A stretch of 64,000 nt of DNA from IMG/VR virus record IMGVR_UViG_3300002835_000135; one strand, given 5' to 3'. The position numbers and the translations under genes are program-made. Shown here piece after piece: positions 46,990 through 58,081 of the stretch (the stretch's first letter is position 1; each line of letters opens with the position of its first letter). A model generated the notes under the pieces. It saw only the letters and a program-made list of their open reading frames with translations. It did no database searches and was not told where the DNA came from. Origin of the DNA: an uncultured virus (IMG/VR IMGVR_UViG_3300002835_000135). Taxonomy: Duplodnaviria > Heunggongvirae > Uroviricota > Caudoviricetes.

Positions 46990-47551
46990 ATGATATTTTA
47001 TCAAAAATTTTAATTATATCATCTAACCCAGTGTAATCAAAACATTCAGAATAACCAGAAAAAGATTCCATAAGAGGTCTGTATTTTTTTACAGACCTTT
47101 TTTTATTTAACAACTCTTTAATTTCTGTTTCATATTTTTCAGCGTCAGGGGTGTCAACTCGCCTTAATATTGATTCTAAAATGTATCCATCATAACCGTA
47201 TGCTTTACTAAACCTGCGCATAATAAATCTCTTTGAGGTTATCCCAACCTTAACAAATGTTTTACCAGAAGCGACTTCTTTTATCAGCACCAAATACAAT
47301 GATTTTGGTAAGGTTTTTAGTATATCCTCTTTCCTCTTTTTTTGTTTTATTAGTTTTAAACCAACGTATTCTTTTGCTTTTTCTAGTGTTTTAAAGGTTT
47401 TCTTATCTCGGTATGGGTTTACGATATACTTCTTAAATCTCGCAACGAACAGATATTGACCGCTATCAACTTCATATTTTATAACTGCTTTTTCGGTTAT
47501 TTTATTGATTTCATAATAACCTTTTTTTAACACCAGCTCCTTTTTACTCAT
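46979..47551 (-). CDS. GIY-YIG/T5orf172-like nuclease domain protein
   Basis: LYLV...KVGIT...RRF...GYSECF. Confidence 0.55.
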   Translation of the reverse strand: MSKKELVLKKGYYEINKITEKAVIKYEVDSGQYLFVARFKKYIVNPYRDKKTFKTLEKAKEYVGLKLIKQKKRKEDILKTLPKSLYLVLIKEVASGKTFVKVGITSKRFIMRRFSKAYGYDGYILESILRRVDTPDAEKYETEIKELLNKKRSVKKYRPLMESFSGYSECFDYTGLDDIIKIFDKISSTC

Positions 47552-47644
47552 AACTAATTGATTATCAATCTACTTTACTTTTTTTGATGAAAAGTTTTTT
47601 TTTATGATTTTATAATTTATCTTTGCATCCATAAATAAATAACT

Positions 47645-47974
47645 ATGGCGAATATCGAAGAAAAACAATGTGCAGGGTGTAAAGACCCAAAAACCCAAAA
47701 TGAGTTTTATAAGAATAAAGCTAATGGGGATGGATTAAGTACCTATTGTAAAGAATGTACCAAATTAAACGCTAAAAAATCTTATCAGAAGAAATTGATA
47801 AAAGCGGTTAAAAAGGAGACCATCTTACGAAAAAACCTAAAATCCGTTAATGTTTCGGCGCCAAGTACGTCTGGTATTGAAACGTCGTTAAAAATTGCTT
47901 TAATGGAGCGACATTTAGCCACAGCGTTAAATTTACTACAAGAGTATAAACAAGAGCGAGAGCTTTTTGGCTAA
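47645..47974 (+). CDS. Zinc-finger protein
   Basis: CAGC...FYKNK...DGL..YCKEC. Confidence 0.65.
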   Translation: MANIEEKQCAGCKDPKTQNEFYKNKANGDGLSTYCKECTKLNAKKSYQKKLIKAVKKETILRKNLKSVNVSAPSTSGIETSLKIALMERHLATALNLLQEYKQERELFG

Positions 47975-48069
47975 TAAAATTGGTCAAGCATATATATAAA
48001 CCAAGCCCCATTTTATTAATTAATTTGGGGCTTTTATTTTATCTTCAATATTTATATATAAAAATTACA

Positions 48070-49218
48070 ATGAGGTTTAAGTCCATTTTAACGGATGTTT
48101 TAGTTGAAGCACAAAAACACGAGACAATACAAAAGGTTTTTGGATTTTCAAGTCAATGGGCTGAAGAGTTCGTGTCTGTTAATGAAAAGTTATCTATATG
48201 GATTGCTAATAGTTTTATAAACGATTTAATAACGAAACAACCAACTAAAAAGAAAGAAGATATTGTTGCTAAATTAAACCGTATGGCTTTGCATGGTTAT
48301 GCCCCATGGTTAAATGTTTATAAACCAAGGTATGTTTATATTTTTGAATGGTTAAGAAACGTTGCAAACGCACAAAATTTAAATTTTAAAACTTTATCAT
48401 ATCAAGAGGCACTTAACCAAGCTGAGGAATGGCACGATAGTTTAGAATCTAAAAAAAGCGAGAACTATCAAGAAAAAAATGAGATAGTGATTGACTATCG
48501 AGTTGATGGTGTTGGGTTTTATTGGGCAAACTTAAATGCTTCTACATCTGAAGAAGAAAAAACGAGAATGGGTCACTGCGGATCAAAATATGGTACAACG
48601 TTATTCTCATTAAGAAAAATACACCCTAATGGCGACGGTGAATCATATGTTACCTTAGCTAGAACTCCTGAAGGTATTGTTAGTGAAGTACATGGTAAAA
48701 GAAATAGTAAACCCAAACAAATATATCGTCAATATATTATCGACTTTTTATTAAACAAAAAATATTCAGTTAAAGGGTTAACACTTCAAGGTGTTTATAA
48801 ACCAGAAGATAATTTTCAATTAGAGGATTTAACACCTGAAGAATTGAAAATGTTGTTTGATAAAAATAGAGAAATTAAATTTAATTATATTTTTGGTGAT
48901 ACTCAAATAGTGGCTTACCTAGAAGATTCTAATGACACTATCGCTTTGGCTGTTAGAAAAAAGATGTACGGTTTAGTTAATTTAGAAACAATTGAATTGG
49001 TTAAACCAATTAAATATAAAATGGATTATGATAGTGTATATACCGAGTTTGTCACAATTGATGATGATTACTTAATAATGAGACATTACAAGGATGATGA
49101 AGGTAATGGTTTCATTACTGTGGGGGATTTTAACATGAAAAATCCTAAACAATATTTTAAAATAATACCACTAGATACAGCAAAAAAATTAATAGAAAAT
49201 GAAAATGGGGGCGATTAA
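48070..49218 (+). CDS. Hypothetical protein with PcfJ-like domain; paralog of 52488..54047
   Basis: WHDSL, RMGHCG, FSLR, G..NSKPK. Confidence 0.55.
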   Translation: MRFKSILTDVLVEAQKHETIQKVFGFSSQWAEEFVSVNEKLSIWIANSFINDLITKQPTKKKEDIVAKLNRMALHGYAPWLNVYKPRYVYIFEWLRNVANAQNLNFKTLSYQEALNQAEEWHDSLESKKSENYQEKNEIVIDYRVDGVGFYWANLNASTSEEEKTRMGHCGSKYGTTLFSLRKIHPNGDGESYVTLARTPEGIVSEVHGKRNSKPKQIYRQYIIDFLLNKKYSVKGLTLQGVYKPEDNFQLEDLTPEELKMLFDKNREIKFNYIFGDTQIVAYLEDSNDTIALAVRKKMYGLVNLETIELVKPIKYKMDYDSVYTEFVTIDDDYLIMRHYKDDEGNGFITVGDFNMKNPKQYFKIIPLDTAKKLIENENGGD

Positions 49219-49228
49219 CCCCCATTTT

Positions 49229-50071
49229 TTATGCTAGTAAAGAATAATATTCTTTAAAGTGTTTGATACGATCCGGTAGTCCAATTGTTCCACCATTTAC
49301 TCTTTTAGTGATTTTAGTTACCACAACATCACTTGAACCCTCATCAGCTATTTTATGTAATCCGTTTTTACTGAAGAACCAAGCGGCGGATAATAACGCA
49401 TAATTTGATGCAACTTTATCTGGATTAGATAATATATCTTCGTTTATTGATTTACCAAATGCGGTGTAGTTTTCTTTTCCTGTTAATTGAATATAACCAC
49501 GTCCACAAAACTTTGCGCCTTCTCCTGACGATTCAGGTCCATTACCCATTCTTCCACCATATACTTTATTCGCAATTTTATCAGGTTTTCTCTCATAAGG
49601 AATTGCGGATTCAAGTGTTGGAAAATATTTCTTAAATGTACCATTCAATCCTTTAGCTGAATAGTTTAAATTTTCTTTTGTTAATCTAAATCCACCACTC
49701 TCATGTCCACATTGTGCCAAGAAATGGGCTAACCTTAACGGGGTGTCTATTTGAAACTTAGCCGCGGTATCAGGAATCATAGAGATGACACTATCTGGAA
49801 TATGACCTTTTAATTTTTCTAATTTTAACCCACCAACACTCTTAACTGGCGCTGGTTCGGTTATTACTGTTGGTGCAGAAACAACACCCTCATTGAACAT
49901 TTTAGCCCATGTAGCGTCCCCAACAATTCCATCTGCCGTTAAACCATTCGCCGATTGCCACGCCTTTACCGCAATATCGGTTTTTGGTCCAAACTTACCT
50001 ATTGGGTCAACACCCAATTTAACCTGGAGTTTTTTAACATCTTCTCCTTCAGATCCTATTTTTAATAACAT
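49229..50071 (-). CDS. Endolysin: PG-binding domain + GH19
   Basis: LAHFLAQCGHESGGF, ENLNYS, GRGYIQLTG, VNGG..GL.DR. Confidence 0.92.
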   Translation of the reverse strand: MLLKIGSEGEDVKKLQVKLGVDPIGKFGPKTDIAVKAWQSANGLTADGIVGDATWAKMFNEGVVSAPTVITEPAPVKSVGGLKLEKLKGHIPDSVISMIPDTAAKFQIDTPLRLAHFLAQCGHESGGFRLTKENLNYSAKGLNGTFKKYFPTLESAIPYERKPDKIANKVYGGRMGNGPESSGEGAKFCGRGYIQLTGKENYTAFGKSINEDILSNPDKVASNYALLSAAWFFSKNGLHKIADEGSSDVVVTKITKRVNGGTIGLPDRIKHFKEYYSLLA

Positions 50072-50153
50072 ATTTTATATTTTTTTTTGTTTATTATTCT
50101 TAAATAAATATTACGACTTCTTGCCATGTAAACCTCTTTTTTGGTTTTGTTTT

Positions 50154-50708
50154 CTAGAAGCGTTGGATATTTTTTTGAGTTTCTTCTTTTTTTCTTTTGA
50201 TTGATTCTTCATATTGGTCAATTGCTTTAATCATTTTAGGGTTATTACCACGATACTCCACATTAATAATATATCTATGTAAATTTGGAATTCTATCCGT
50301 CATTACCCTTTCTTCAAATTCCTTATTCTTTGTTATAGGGATTCCATGATACTTGTCTAAAGCATCGTAATTAAATGGTTCAATTTTATATTTGGATTTT
50401 AATTTATCCGAATTCAAGACAAATATTACATTTAAATTGTCACCCCAGGCGTCAGGGTCCTCATCCTGTGGCTTATTAGCCAAGTTTAACCCTTTGGTAT
50501 TCAATAACTTATCTCTAGTTAAAGATATCGCGTTTCTTGATTTAGAGGCACCTAGTCGTTTATCTAATTGTAAATAATATTCATTCTTTTCACCAGCCAG
50601 CATTTCATCCATTTCCATGATTTTCAATGCGTTAGCTTCCGTAGTGAAATGGTATAATTTTGGGGCGTACTCCCTAATCATCGCCTCAATAATTGAAATT
50701 AATTTCAT
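50154..50708 (-). CDS. ADP-ribosyltransferase-fold-like protein
   Basis: LYHFT...ISLTRD...EFEE pattern. Confidence 0.5.
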   Translation of the reverse strand: MKLISIIEAMIREYAPKLYHFTTEANALKIMEMDEMLAGEKNEYYLQLDKRLGASKSRNAISLTRDKLLNTKGLNLANKPQDEDPDAWGDNLNVIFVLNSDKLKSKYKIEPFNYDALDKYHGIPITKNKEFEERVMTDRIPNLHRYIINVEYRGNNPKMIKAIDQYEESIKRKKEETQKNIQRF

Positions 50709-50783
50709 ACTAATAAATATAAAATAAAAATTAATTTTTGATTTCAATAAAATATCCTATTTTCGCTGTCTAAATCATAAAAA

Positions 50784-51179
50784 ATGAAAAAAACATTAAT
50801 GTTATTATCTACGGTGTTCTTCGTATCTGTTGCATTTTCGCAAACTTGGATAGCACCTGCTGACACTTCTTTTGGTTCTGATTTTGGTCGAAAAGATTTT
50901 TACTATTATTTAACAAATACCGATAAAGAACTTTTCTTGGGTGGCTTAAAAAAACTAGGTATAGATACGTTGAATTGTAATGTGGTGGAGTCGGGCTCTG
51001 TTGGGTATCATGATATTATAAAAGCGCCACACACAACCTATTTCATTGAAAGTATAAATGGAAATGTTGTTGAAGGTTTAAAATGTGGTAAAGGGATATA
51101 TACAAAAAAAACAACCCTATACATTACTTATTGGAAAAGCAACGATAGGGTTCAGTTTTATTTTTATTTTAAAGATTGA
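50784..51179 (+). CDS. Secreted hypothetical protein
   Basis: Signal peptide AFS-Q. Confidence 0.55.
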   Translation: MKKTLMLLSTVFFVSVAFSQTWIAPADTSFGSDFGRKDFYYYLTNTDKELFLGGLKKLGIDTLNCNVVESGSVGYHDIIKAPHTTYFIESINGNVVEGLKCGKGIYTKKTTLYITYWKSNDRVQFYFYFKD

Positions 51180-52409
51180 TTACTTGTCTAAAATCAAATC
51201 AACCTTTCTATAGTTTGAGTAGTTTGCGGCATCTGGAGCCATACCAGGTTTCCATTCGTCTCCGATAGAACCTAAAGCGATTAACTCGTGTGGTACACTT
51301 TTTAATTGCGGGAATATGTTTAACAATTCTAGATATAAGTTATATGCTCTAGCTTTTGTTAATTGTAAGTTACCTGTTTTATCATCGTTGTTACCAACGG
51401 CTGCGGTATCATAATTTTTATTGTCACGCCATAAACCGCTGTTCTTGTCGTTCTCAACAGATCCGGCTGGAACTTTTGACGCTGACGCCTTAATTGTTAT
51501 TTTCTTCAATGTACCACCAGCATTAAAGAATTCAGTTAATTTCTTAACAAACTCAGAACTTGTTGGTACTTTAATCGCTGAAACGTTGTTCGGGAAATAT
51601 TCACCAAATGGAACAACTTCTGGTAATTTAGGTATTGGTTTTTTATTACAGTTTTGTCTTGCTTCCGCGGCTGTCTTGTATGGGCCAGTTCCAGATTTAA
51701 TGACCTCATTGTGTGTTGGGTCTTTAGCCCCTACAAAATCCTCTACGTTAACTTTTTCGTTTGGTTCATATTCTGCTGATACGACCGTATTTTTACCACC
51801 TTCTGTTTGAACGCAGAAATAATATCTCGTTACCTTATTACCTCCATCATCTTCAGACGGAACATAATCTCCATCTAATATAAATTGACCCGAAATTGCA
51901 TAGTTCTCACTTCTAGTTTTTCCAGCAATAATTTCTGAACCATTTTTTTCACTAACCATTTGTAATTCATCAAGTTTAAATGGCATACCATCAGAAGGTA
52001 ATACGTTTATTTTCATAAAATATGGTAAATTATATTTAATATCATCCCAACAAACAACATAAAAACCCAAACCACCATACTTTTGATAATTAAACCCTAG
52101 TTCAGTTAAGTACTCAGCCAATTCAATTCCAAATCTTGTATTATCATCAGGTACTGGCTTTTTATTTTTATTTATGATAATTTTAATCTCACTCAACCTT
52201 ACCAATTCCTCTAATTCTTTAGTTTCAGGATTAATAACGTAAGGTTGACCATTCTTATAAAGCACACCAAGTGAGCCATTATATCCGTTAAAAGAATAAC
52301 GACGTTCTTTAGTATTATCTGCACTATTTGGGTCTGCAACATTTTGTTCGTTAATGATTAAACCAACTAGTTTCTTTGCTTGTTCCTCGGTAATTACTAT
52401 TTTTTTCAT
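51180..52409 (-). CDS. Protein with C-terminal OmpA-like domain
   Basis: F..N, NLQLTKARA, YRKVDL. Confidence 0.55.
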   Translation of the reverse strand: MKKIVITEEQAKKLVGLIINEQNVADPNSADNTKERRYSFNGYNGSLGVLYKNGQPYVINPETKELEELVRLSEIKIIINKNKKPVPDDNTRFGIELAEYLTELGFNYQKYGGLGFYVVCWDDIKYNLPYFMKINVLPSDGMPFKLDELQMVSEKNGSEIIAGKTRSENYAISGQFILDGDYVPSEDDGGNKVTRYYFCVQTEGGKNTVVSAEYEPNEKVNVEDFVGAKDPTHNEVIKSGTGPYKTAAEARQNCNKKPIPKLPEVVPFGEYFPNNVSAIKVPTSSEFVKKLTEFFNAGGTLKKITIKASASKVPAGSVENDKNSGLWRDNKNYDTAAVGNNDDKTGNLQLTKARAYNLYLELLNIFPQLKSVPHELIALGSIGDEWKPGMAPDAANYSNYRKVDLILDK

Positions 52410-52487
52410 ATATCCTGTATAATATTGTTTCTATAAATATTTATAACTTAAGAATGTTACCATTTTTTGGTATATTAGTAAAGAAAT

Positions 52488-54047
52488 ATGAAATTTAAAT
52501 CCCTAGTTCAGACCATTTTAGTTGAAGCGAGCAAAAAAGACGTGCTAATGAATAAATTAGGGGTTGAGGAAAGTGCTGCGGATGAACTAGTATCTCTATG
52601 TGGACCTTTAGCTGTTTTTATGGCCAATAAACTTATAGAAGCTCAAATGGCGATATATAAAAGTTGGGAAGGGGAAGTCGGACGACCAATTCATACTAAA
52701 AAAGATGCGGTTGAAAATTTATTTAAATTAGTTGGTCACAAAAAAAATGAGATTACCTCAATAATGGACTGGGTTAGGGTTGGTTTAAACGGTAATGTCA
52801 AAGAGTATGAGAATCAACCATTTGTGGGGTTATATCGTTTATCTAAAGATTGGCACGACAGTTTAGGTGTTGGTGAAGGACAATTGAATTATATTGAGGA
52901 AAGTGAAATTATAATAGATTTTAGAAAAGACGGTATTGGTCTTTATTGGGTTAATTTAGACACAAACTATTCACCAGAAGAATGTGATAGAATGGGTCAT
53001 TGTGGTAGAACTAATAATAGTAATAACATATTCTCACTTAGGGAAACTAAGCGTCTAAATGACAAGTACACATTAAACAAAAGTCACCTAACTGCAGCTG
53101 TTGGTATTGAAGATAAAAAAATGTACCAACTAAAAGGACCTAAAAATTCAAAACCTAAAACAGAGTATCATCAATTTATTATACCATTCCTATTAACAGA
53201 ATACGTTGAAGGTTTTGGTTCGGAATATCAATCTGCAAATGATTTTAAAATTGGTGATTTAACACTAGATGAAGTTAAATCGTTGTATGAACAAAAACCT
53301 ATTTTATTTGAAGGGTTTGGTGAACGTCGTTTTCTATGGCAAAACAAAATCATTGAAAAACCAGAAATGAATTTTACATTAACATTCGATAGATATGATT
53401 TAGATAGATACGTGGATGGTGACTATGTAATCCGTCAATTTAAAAATGAACAAACTGGTCAAACAAAAAAATACTATATGTTTGATGCCATTCTTGATGG
53501 TGATACTTGGGAGTTATGGGATTCACATTCATATGATGGTGATTGGGAAACTGGTATAAAATACCACACCAACAAGAATACTGAGGATAGGTTATGGGCA
53601 ATGATTAAAGAGTGGGCTGAAAAAGACGGTATTGAATTAGATGATAATATTGATTTAGTTCAAGCAATAGAAGAGGTGGATAGAAATGGTGAAATACAAT
53701 CTGCTATAAGAAGCGCGCTAAGTGATTGTGAATCTGATTCATACGCAAGTTATTTATACAATGAGTTAAAAGATGCGGCATCTGAATTGGGTATTGTTAG
53801 TGGGTGGGGTGAAAACAATATCAACATTGATATTGACTTAGAGGAAATGGTTATCGAACATACAACATGGGATACTTATGAAGAAGCGTTAGAAAGGTGT
53901 GAGGGTGATTTTTCATGTACATTCGATGAATTGATTTCTAATGGTGATATTGAAAAACCAAAGTTTGATCCTGATGAAAGATTCACACCAGATGTTGATG
54001 ATAATTTGTTTAACGAAATATTAATTGATAGATTAAATGAAATTTAG
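52488..54047 (+). CDS. Hypothetical protein with PcfJ-like domain and acidic C-terminus
   Basis: WHDSL, RMGHCG, FSLR, KG.KNSKPK. Confidence 0.55.
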   Translation: MKFKSLVQTILVEASKKDVLMNKLGVEESAADELVSLCGPLAVFMANKLIEAQMAIYKSWEGEVGRPIHTKKDAVENLFKLVGHKKNEITSIMDWVRVGLNGNVKEYENQPFVGLYRLSKDWHDSLGVGEGQLNYIEESEIIIDFRKDGIGLYWVNLDTNYSPEECDRMGHCGRTNNSNNIFSLRETKRLNDKYTLNKSHLTAAVGIEDKKMYQLKGPKNSKPKTEYHQFIIPFLLTEYVEGFGSEYQSANDFKIGDLTLDEVKSLYEQKPILFEGFGERRFLWQNKIIEKPEMNFTLTFDRYDLDRYVDGDYVIRQFKNEQTGQTKKYYMFDAILDGDTWELWDSHSYDGDWETGIKYHTNKNTEDRLWAMIKEWAEKDGIELDDNIDLVQAIEEVDRNGEIQSAIRSALSDCESDSYASYLYNELKDAASELGIVSGWGENNINIDIDLEEMVIEHTTWDTYEEALERCEGDFSCTFDELISNGDIEKPKFDPDERFTPDVDDNLFNEILIDRLNEI

Positions 54048-55902
54048 AGAAATAATTAATGGATTATTAAACGAAGCAACACCTGATGAAATATATATAA
54101 AATATTATTCAGATATTGACCCAACAACATTTTATAGGGTTGTTACGTTAGATCCAAAAACGCAAACTAGTTTTGATAAAATAACTAGAATAGGTAAGTA
54201 CGCAAAAGTGTTATTGAAACTTCATAAGTTAAATCAATTAAAAAGTGAAGATTACCCAAAGGCAACTGAATATTTAAATTACGCATACAATCATCAAATC
54301 CCGATTGTTGACACAACGATTAATAGTTTAGGTGATTTATACAACGCAATCAAACATAAAATAGCTAATGCAAGTCAACCATTAAATACCATATTGGAAT
54401 TATTGACTAAAGAAGAATATGAGTTCGTACTTAACGGTGAAAATTGGTTAATCTACATACCTAAAACAGAAAAAGCCGCGGCGTACATTGGCGTTAACAC
54501 TCAATGGTGTACCACTTGGGGTGAATTCTCGTTAAACCCATCATACAAAGATAGATCATCTCATTTTAACTCACATAATAGAAAGGGATCACTTTACATT
54601 ATAATAAATAAAAAGGATGAAAGTGATAAGTACCAATTTCATTTTGAGAGCAAACAATTCATGGACCCCGCAGATAGAAGAATTGATACTGCGTCTTTCT
54701 TAGATAAGAATCAAGAAATTGAAAGTTTCTTTTTCCCCGCATTATACAATGAAAATGCAACAATAAGACAATTCGATGATGCTATTGCTAAATCATTTGT
54801 TTTAAATGGTAATAAAACAAATTTATTAATTTCAAAATATATTGATGTTAGCATTGACACGCCAAGCGACGCCAATCGGTTAGCACAATTAATCGTTAAA
54901 ACACCTTCCACATGGCGCGAAAGACCAGAATTTATTGGCATTATAAATGACGATTCACTTGATGATTTAATTATTACAAATGAACACATTGAATTTGATT
55001 TAAAAAACCCAGGCGGTGAATTAAATAAGGTCGAGGATTTAATTAATTCATATGAACGTGCAGTTGAATATTCATATGAAAATGTAAAAGATAACGCCTT
55101 TTATGATAGAGAATATTCCACCGAAGCCATAAAAGAAATGTTGGGGGAATATTATGATCAAGAAAAAGATTTAATGGTTAAGTGGTTTGGTAAAACCGCA
55201 AAAACTAAAGAGTTATTTTTGCACTGGTATTCTAAACATATTCTAGATAATGATAAGGTTTTTGAAAAATATGTTGACGTATATTCCGACGCAACATCAA
55301 CCGAATTAGAAAATGCATATCGTTCTGAAATCGACGATATTAAAAAATACATTGATTTTGATGGTTATAGCGGTGGAAATAAAACTGTAAAAGTTTCTAA
55401 AGTTTATTTCATCTTATTCATATTAAGAAAAAATATTAGTACAATTGGTGAAGGTTATCGACATGAATATGTTGAGGATGTTATTAATCTATATATTGAT
55501 GAATACAATATCCCAACCGATTATGACGAAGAACCTGAATATGATTACATATACCCAGTATTAAAAGATATGGAGGGTATTTTCAGTGATGTGTTAGGTG
55601 ATTTAGCACCAAGTGAAGACGATGATGAACACAATGAATGTCTTAAGAAGAAAAAAGAACTTCAAGATATCCTTGGAGAATATTTTGACGAAAATTTTAA
55701 ATTTGAAAACGATAATGTATATGTTGAGGTTAAAAGACCTTGGCTAGAGAATTTTGATTGTGAAAAAGGTATTGAGATTGGTTTTAAAAACAAACAAAAA
55801 AACACGTCATACTTTGGATATGTTCAAGTAGAGAATCTTGTAAAATACATTACAAATTATGATTTGTTTGAATCGGTATTAAAAATCAAGAACCGTCTTT
55901 AA
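54037..55902 (+). CDS. Large hypothetical protein
   Basis: 621 aa; TQWCTT, LYIII, KYQFHF motifs. Confidence 0.6.
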   Translation: MKFREIINGLLNEATPDEIYIKYYSDIDPTTFYRVVTLDPKTQTSFDKITRIGKYAKVLLKLHKLNQLKSEDYPKATEYLNYAYNHQIPIVDTTINSLGDLYNAIKHKIANASQPLNTILELLTKEEYEFVLNGENWLIYIPKTEKAAAYIGVNTQWCTTWGEFSLNPSYKDRSSHFNSHNRKGSLYIIINKKDESDKYQFHFESKQFMDPADRRIDTASFLDKNQEIESFFFPALYNENATIRQFDDAIAKSFVLNGNKTNLLISKYIDVSIDTPSDANRLAQLIVKTPSTWRERPEFIGIINDDSLDDLIITNEHIEFDLKNPGGELNKVEDLINSYERAVEYSYENVKDNAFYDREYSTEAIKEMLGEYYDQEKDLMVKWFGKTAKTKELFLHWYSKHILDNDKVFEKYVDVYSDATSTELENAYRSEIDDIKKYIDFDGYSGGNKTVKVSKVYFILFILRKNISTIGEGYRHEYVEDVINLYIDEYNIPTDYDEEPEYDYIYPVLKDMEGIFSDVLGDLAPSEDDDEHNECLKKKKELQDILGEYFDENFKFENDNVYVEVKRPWLENFDCEKGIEIGFKNKQKNTSYFGYVQVENLVKYITNYDLFESVLKIKNRL

Positions 55903-56801
55903 ACCTGGAATATATTAATATCATATTCTGGGCGATTCATTTTAAATTCTTTGAAACGAATTATCTGGTCATCCATGTCGTCAAAAATATTAATAGTTTT
56001 AATTGACGGGTTATTCTTAAGAATTTCTAAAATCCTATCTGGTTTTTCTCTCCCATCATTTTTAAAATCATAGCTATCAAATTTCGGGTAGTACGGCGCC
56101 AATTTTTCTTTGACCACTTTTTCAAACTTTGCAATTCTATTTGTCATTATAACATTTAAGGAATTTGGAATGCTTGAATATTCAATGTACAATTCCCTAT
56201 TCTTTTCAATAGGTTTCACGTGAAACGGCGCTAAACTATCTAATTGACCCCACCACCCTCTATGTGGCCATTCACCGCCAGTCATTTCTTTATACATCTC
56301 CTTTCCTAGTTCTGGCATCGGGGAGTCCATTAATGTTCCGTCAAAATCAAAAACGTTTAACACGGTAGAATTCTTATCCGATTTAAATGATGGTTTAAAC
56401 ATCACCTCTTCAATCCTACCTTTTACCGTAAAAGTTTCTTCTAGTGGAACCCATTCGCTAATCTCGTTAGAATCCTTCGGTTTAGCCCCGTTTAAGGCGT
56501 TAATTGCCACGGTGATATGTGGAATAGCATTCTGTGATAAAGGTGTCTCTACACCCACCGCAATGGCTTTATCCGACTTACCTAGTTTAGTTACCTGTAG
56601 AGTAACTGTGTGTCCAATCTTTTCTTTAAGATTTTCGGGTAATTCACCCATTTTAATGGTCATATGATGACATATAACTTTCCAGTCATTAGGAATCGCT
56701 AAGTGGTTAAGAATACGCTCTCTAGAGCCGTTATCTAAAACAACTGCGCTGTACGATACCTTATAATCGGTATTTTCTCTAATAATGTCAAAAAATTTCA
56801 T
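55899..56801 (-). CDS. 2H phosphoesterase + HAD phosphatase fusion (RNA end-healing type)
   Basis: HMT and HIT 2H motifs; FDFDGTL...WW, MTNR, FDD. Confidence 0.75.
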   Translation of the reverse strand: MKFFDIIRENTDYKVSYSAVVLDNGSRERILNHLAIPNDWKVICHHMTIKMGELPENLKEKIGHTVTLQVTKLGKSDKAIAVGVETPLSQNAIPHITVAINALNGAKPKDSNEISEWVPLEETFTVKGRIEEVMFKPSFKSDKNSTVLNVFDFDGTLMDSPMPELGKEMYKEMTGGEWPHRGWWGQLDSLAPFHVKPIEKNRELYIEYSSIPNSLNVIMTNRIAKFEKVVKEKLAPYYPKFDSYDFKNDGREKPDRILEILKNNPSIKTINIFDDMDDQIIRFKEFKMNRPEYDINIFQV

Positions 56802-56822
56802 AATTGCAAATATAGAATAAAA

Positions 56823-57728
56823 TTATAACTTTATGATTTTTAACCAAAATTCATTTACTCCGGATTGGATTAAAATATTATAACCACCTACGCCTTCGGC
56901 GGTTTTTTTGTCAAGAATTATGGCTGTTTCATTCGCTTTAAATAATGGTTTACCGTCTTCATTGTACAACATAACCATCGTATTTCCAGGGGAACTTGAT
57001 AAAACTTTCATACCATATATTATTCCTTTATCGCTTTTAACAAAATAACCACCAACCACTAATTCGGGACCAGTATTTTTAGTCACTTCTTTCTTTGTTT
57101 CTTCCCCTTTCTTAACAACTTCTTTTTTGGGTTCTTCTTTCTTTGGTTCTTCCGCTTTCTTAACAACTTCTTTATTTGAACTTGTTTTAATAGGGTAATC
57201 TTGTAAATTTCTCCAACAAAAGAAATATTCAGTCATATCGGAAAGACCTGTAGATTTCAAGGTTTCGGTATAAAACATTGGTCTAGTTTTAGCACTATTG
57301 AATTCCGTTGTATCAATTCCACCTTCACCGCCACCCATACTACCTCTTTGATTAATACTAGTAATGGCTTTATCTTCTGTTGTTTTTTCTAATGGAATTG
57401 AAATTTTATAATAATTCTTTTTTCTTTCCAATGTTACACCTTTTAAGTTTGGTCTAACATATGTCCCTGCTTTATATAATTCCTTAAGATATGGTCCACA
57501 TTCATGGAAAACAGTTATTCCCGCTAATTGATGGACACTATCACCTTTATTTCCTTCAGCACTTTGAATACAAAATCCGGATTCTGGTCCTTCATATGTG
57601 CCAGTAACCTTAGTTTCAGTTTTTTCAATTGTAATCTTTGGTGTTTTTACGCCATCACCATTTACAAAGGTATTATCTTTCCATTGACTACAGGCGGTGG
57701 CTTCAGTTATTAAATTGTATAATTTCAT
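56823..57728 (-). CDS. Hypothetical protein
   Basis: 301 aa, MKLYNLITEA start. Confidence 0.6.
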   Translation of the reverse strand: MKLYNLITEATACSQWKDNTFVNGDGVKTPKITIEKTETKVTGTYEGPESGFCIQSAEGNKGDSVHQLAGITVFHECGPYLKELYKAGTYVRPNLKGVTLERKKNYYKISIPLEKTTEDKAITSINQRGSMGGGEGGIDTTEFNSAKTRPMFYTETLKSTGLSDMTEYFFCWRNLQDYPIKTSSNKEVVKKAEEPKKEEPKKEVVKKGEETKKEVTKNTGPELVVGGYFVKSDKGIIYGMKVLSSSPGNTMVMLYNEDGKPLFKANETAIILDKKTAEGVGGYNILIQSGVNEFWLKIIKL

Positions 57729-57737
57729 AATATTTTG

Positions 57738-57989
57738 TTAGTTATGTTTACCGCACCAAGGACAAATTGGTAGTGATTTCTTTTTCTTATATGTTGTTTG
57801 AGTGTATAGTTTCCTACACGCACCACATTTTAAAAATTTCGCATCTTTATTTAAATCGTCAATACTTTTAATCTGTTTGTCGGTCAAAGTTGTGTAAACG
57901 TCTTTTCTCTCCACATCATCCTCTTTAACATCTTTTTGTTTAGATTTGATGATATTTTTTAATTGGGTCTCGGTAACGACTAATTTCAT
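57738..57989 (-). CDS. Small zinc-ribbon protein
   Basis: CGAC...CPWC; VTETQLKNII motif. Confidence 0.6.
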   Translation of the reverse strand: MKLVVTETQLKNIIKSKQKDVKEDDVERKDVYTTLTDKQIKSIDDLNKDAKFLKCGACRKLYTQTTYKKKKSLPICPWCGKHN

Positions 57990-58081
57990 ATAGATAAATA
58001 TTATAGTTGTGTTAAACGGTGCAAATATATAAAAAAACCCCCGATTTCTCGAGGGTTCTTAGGTATATGTGATTTTGCGTT

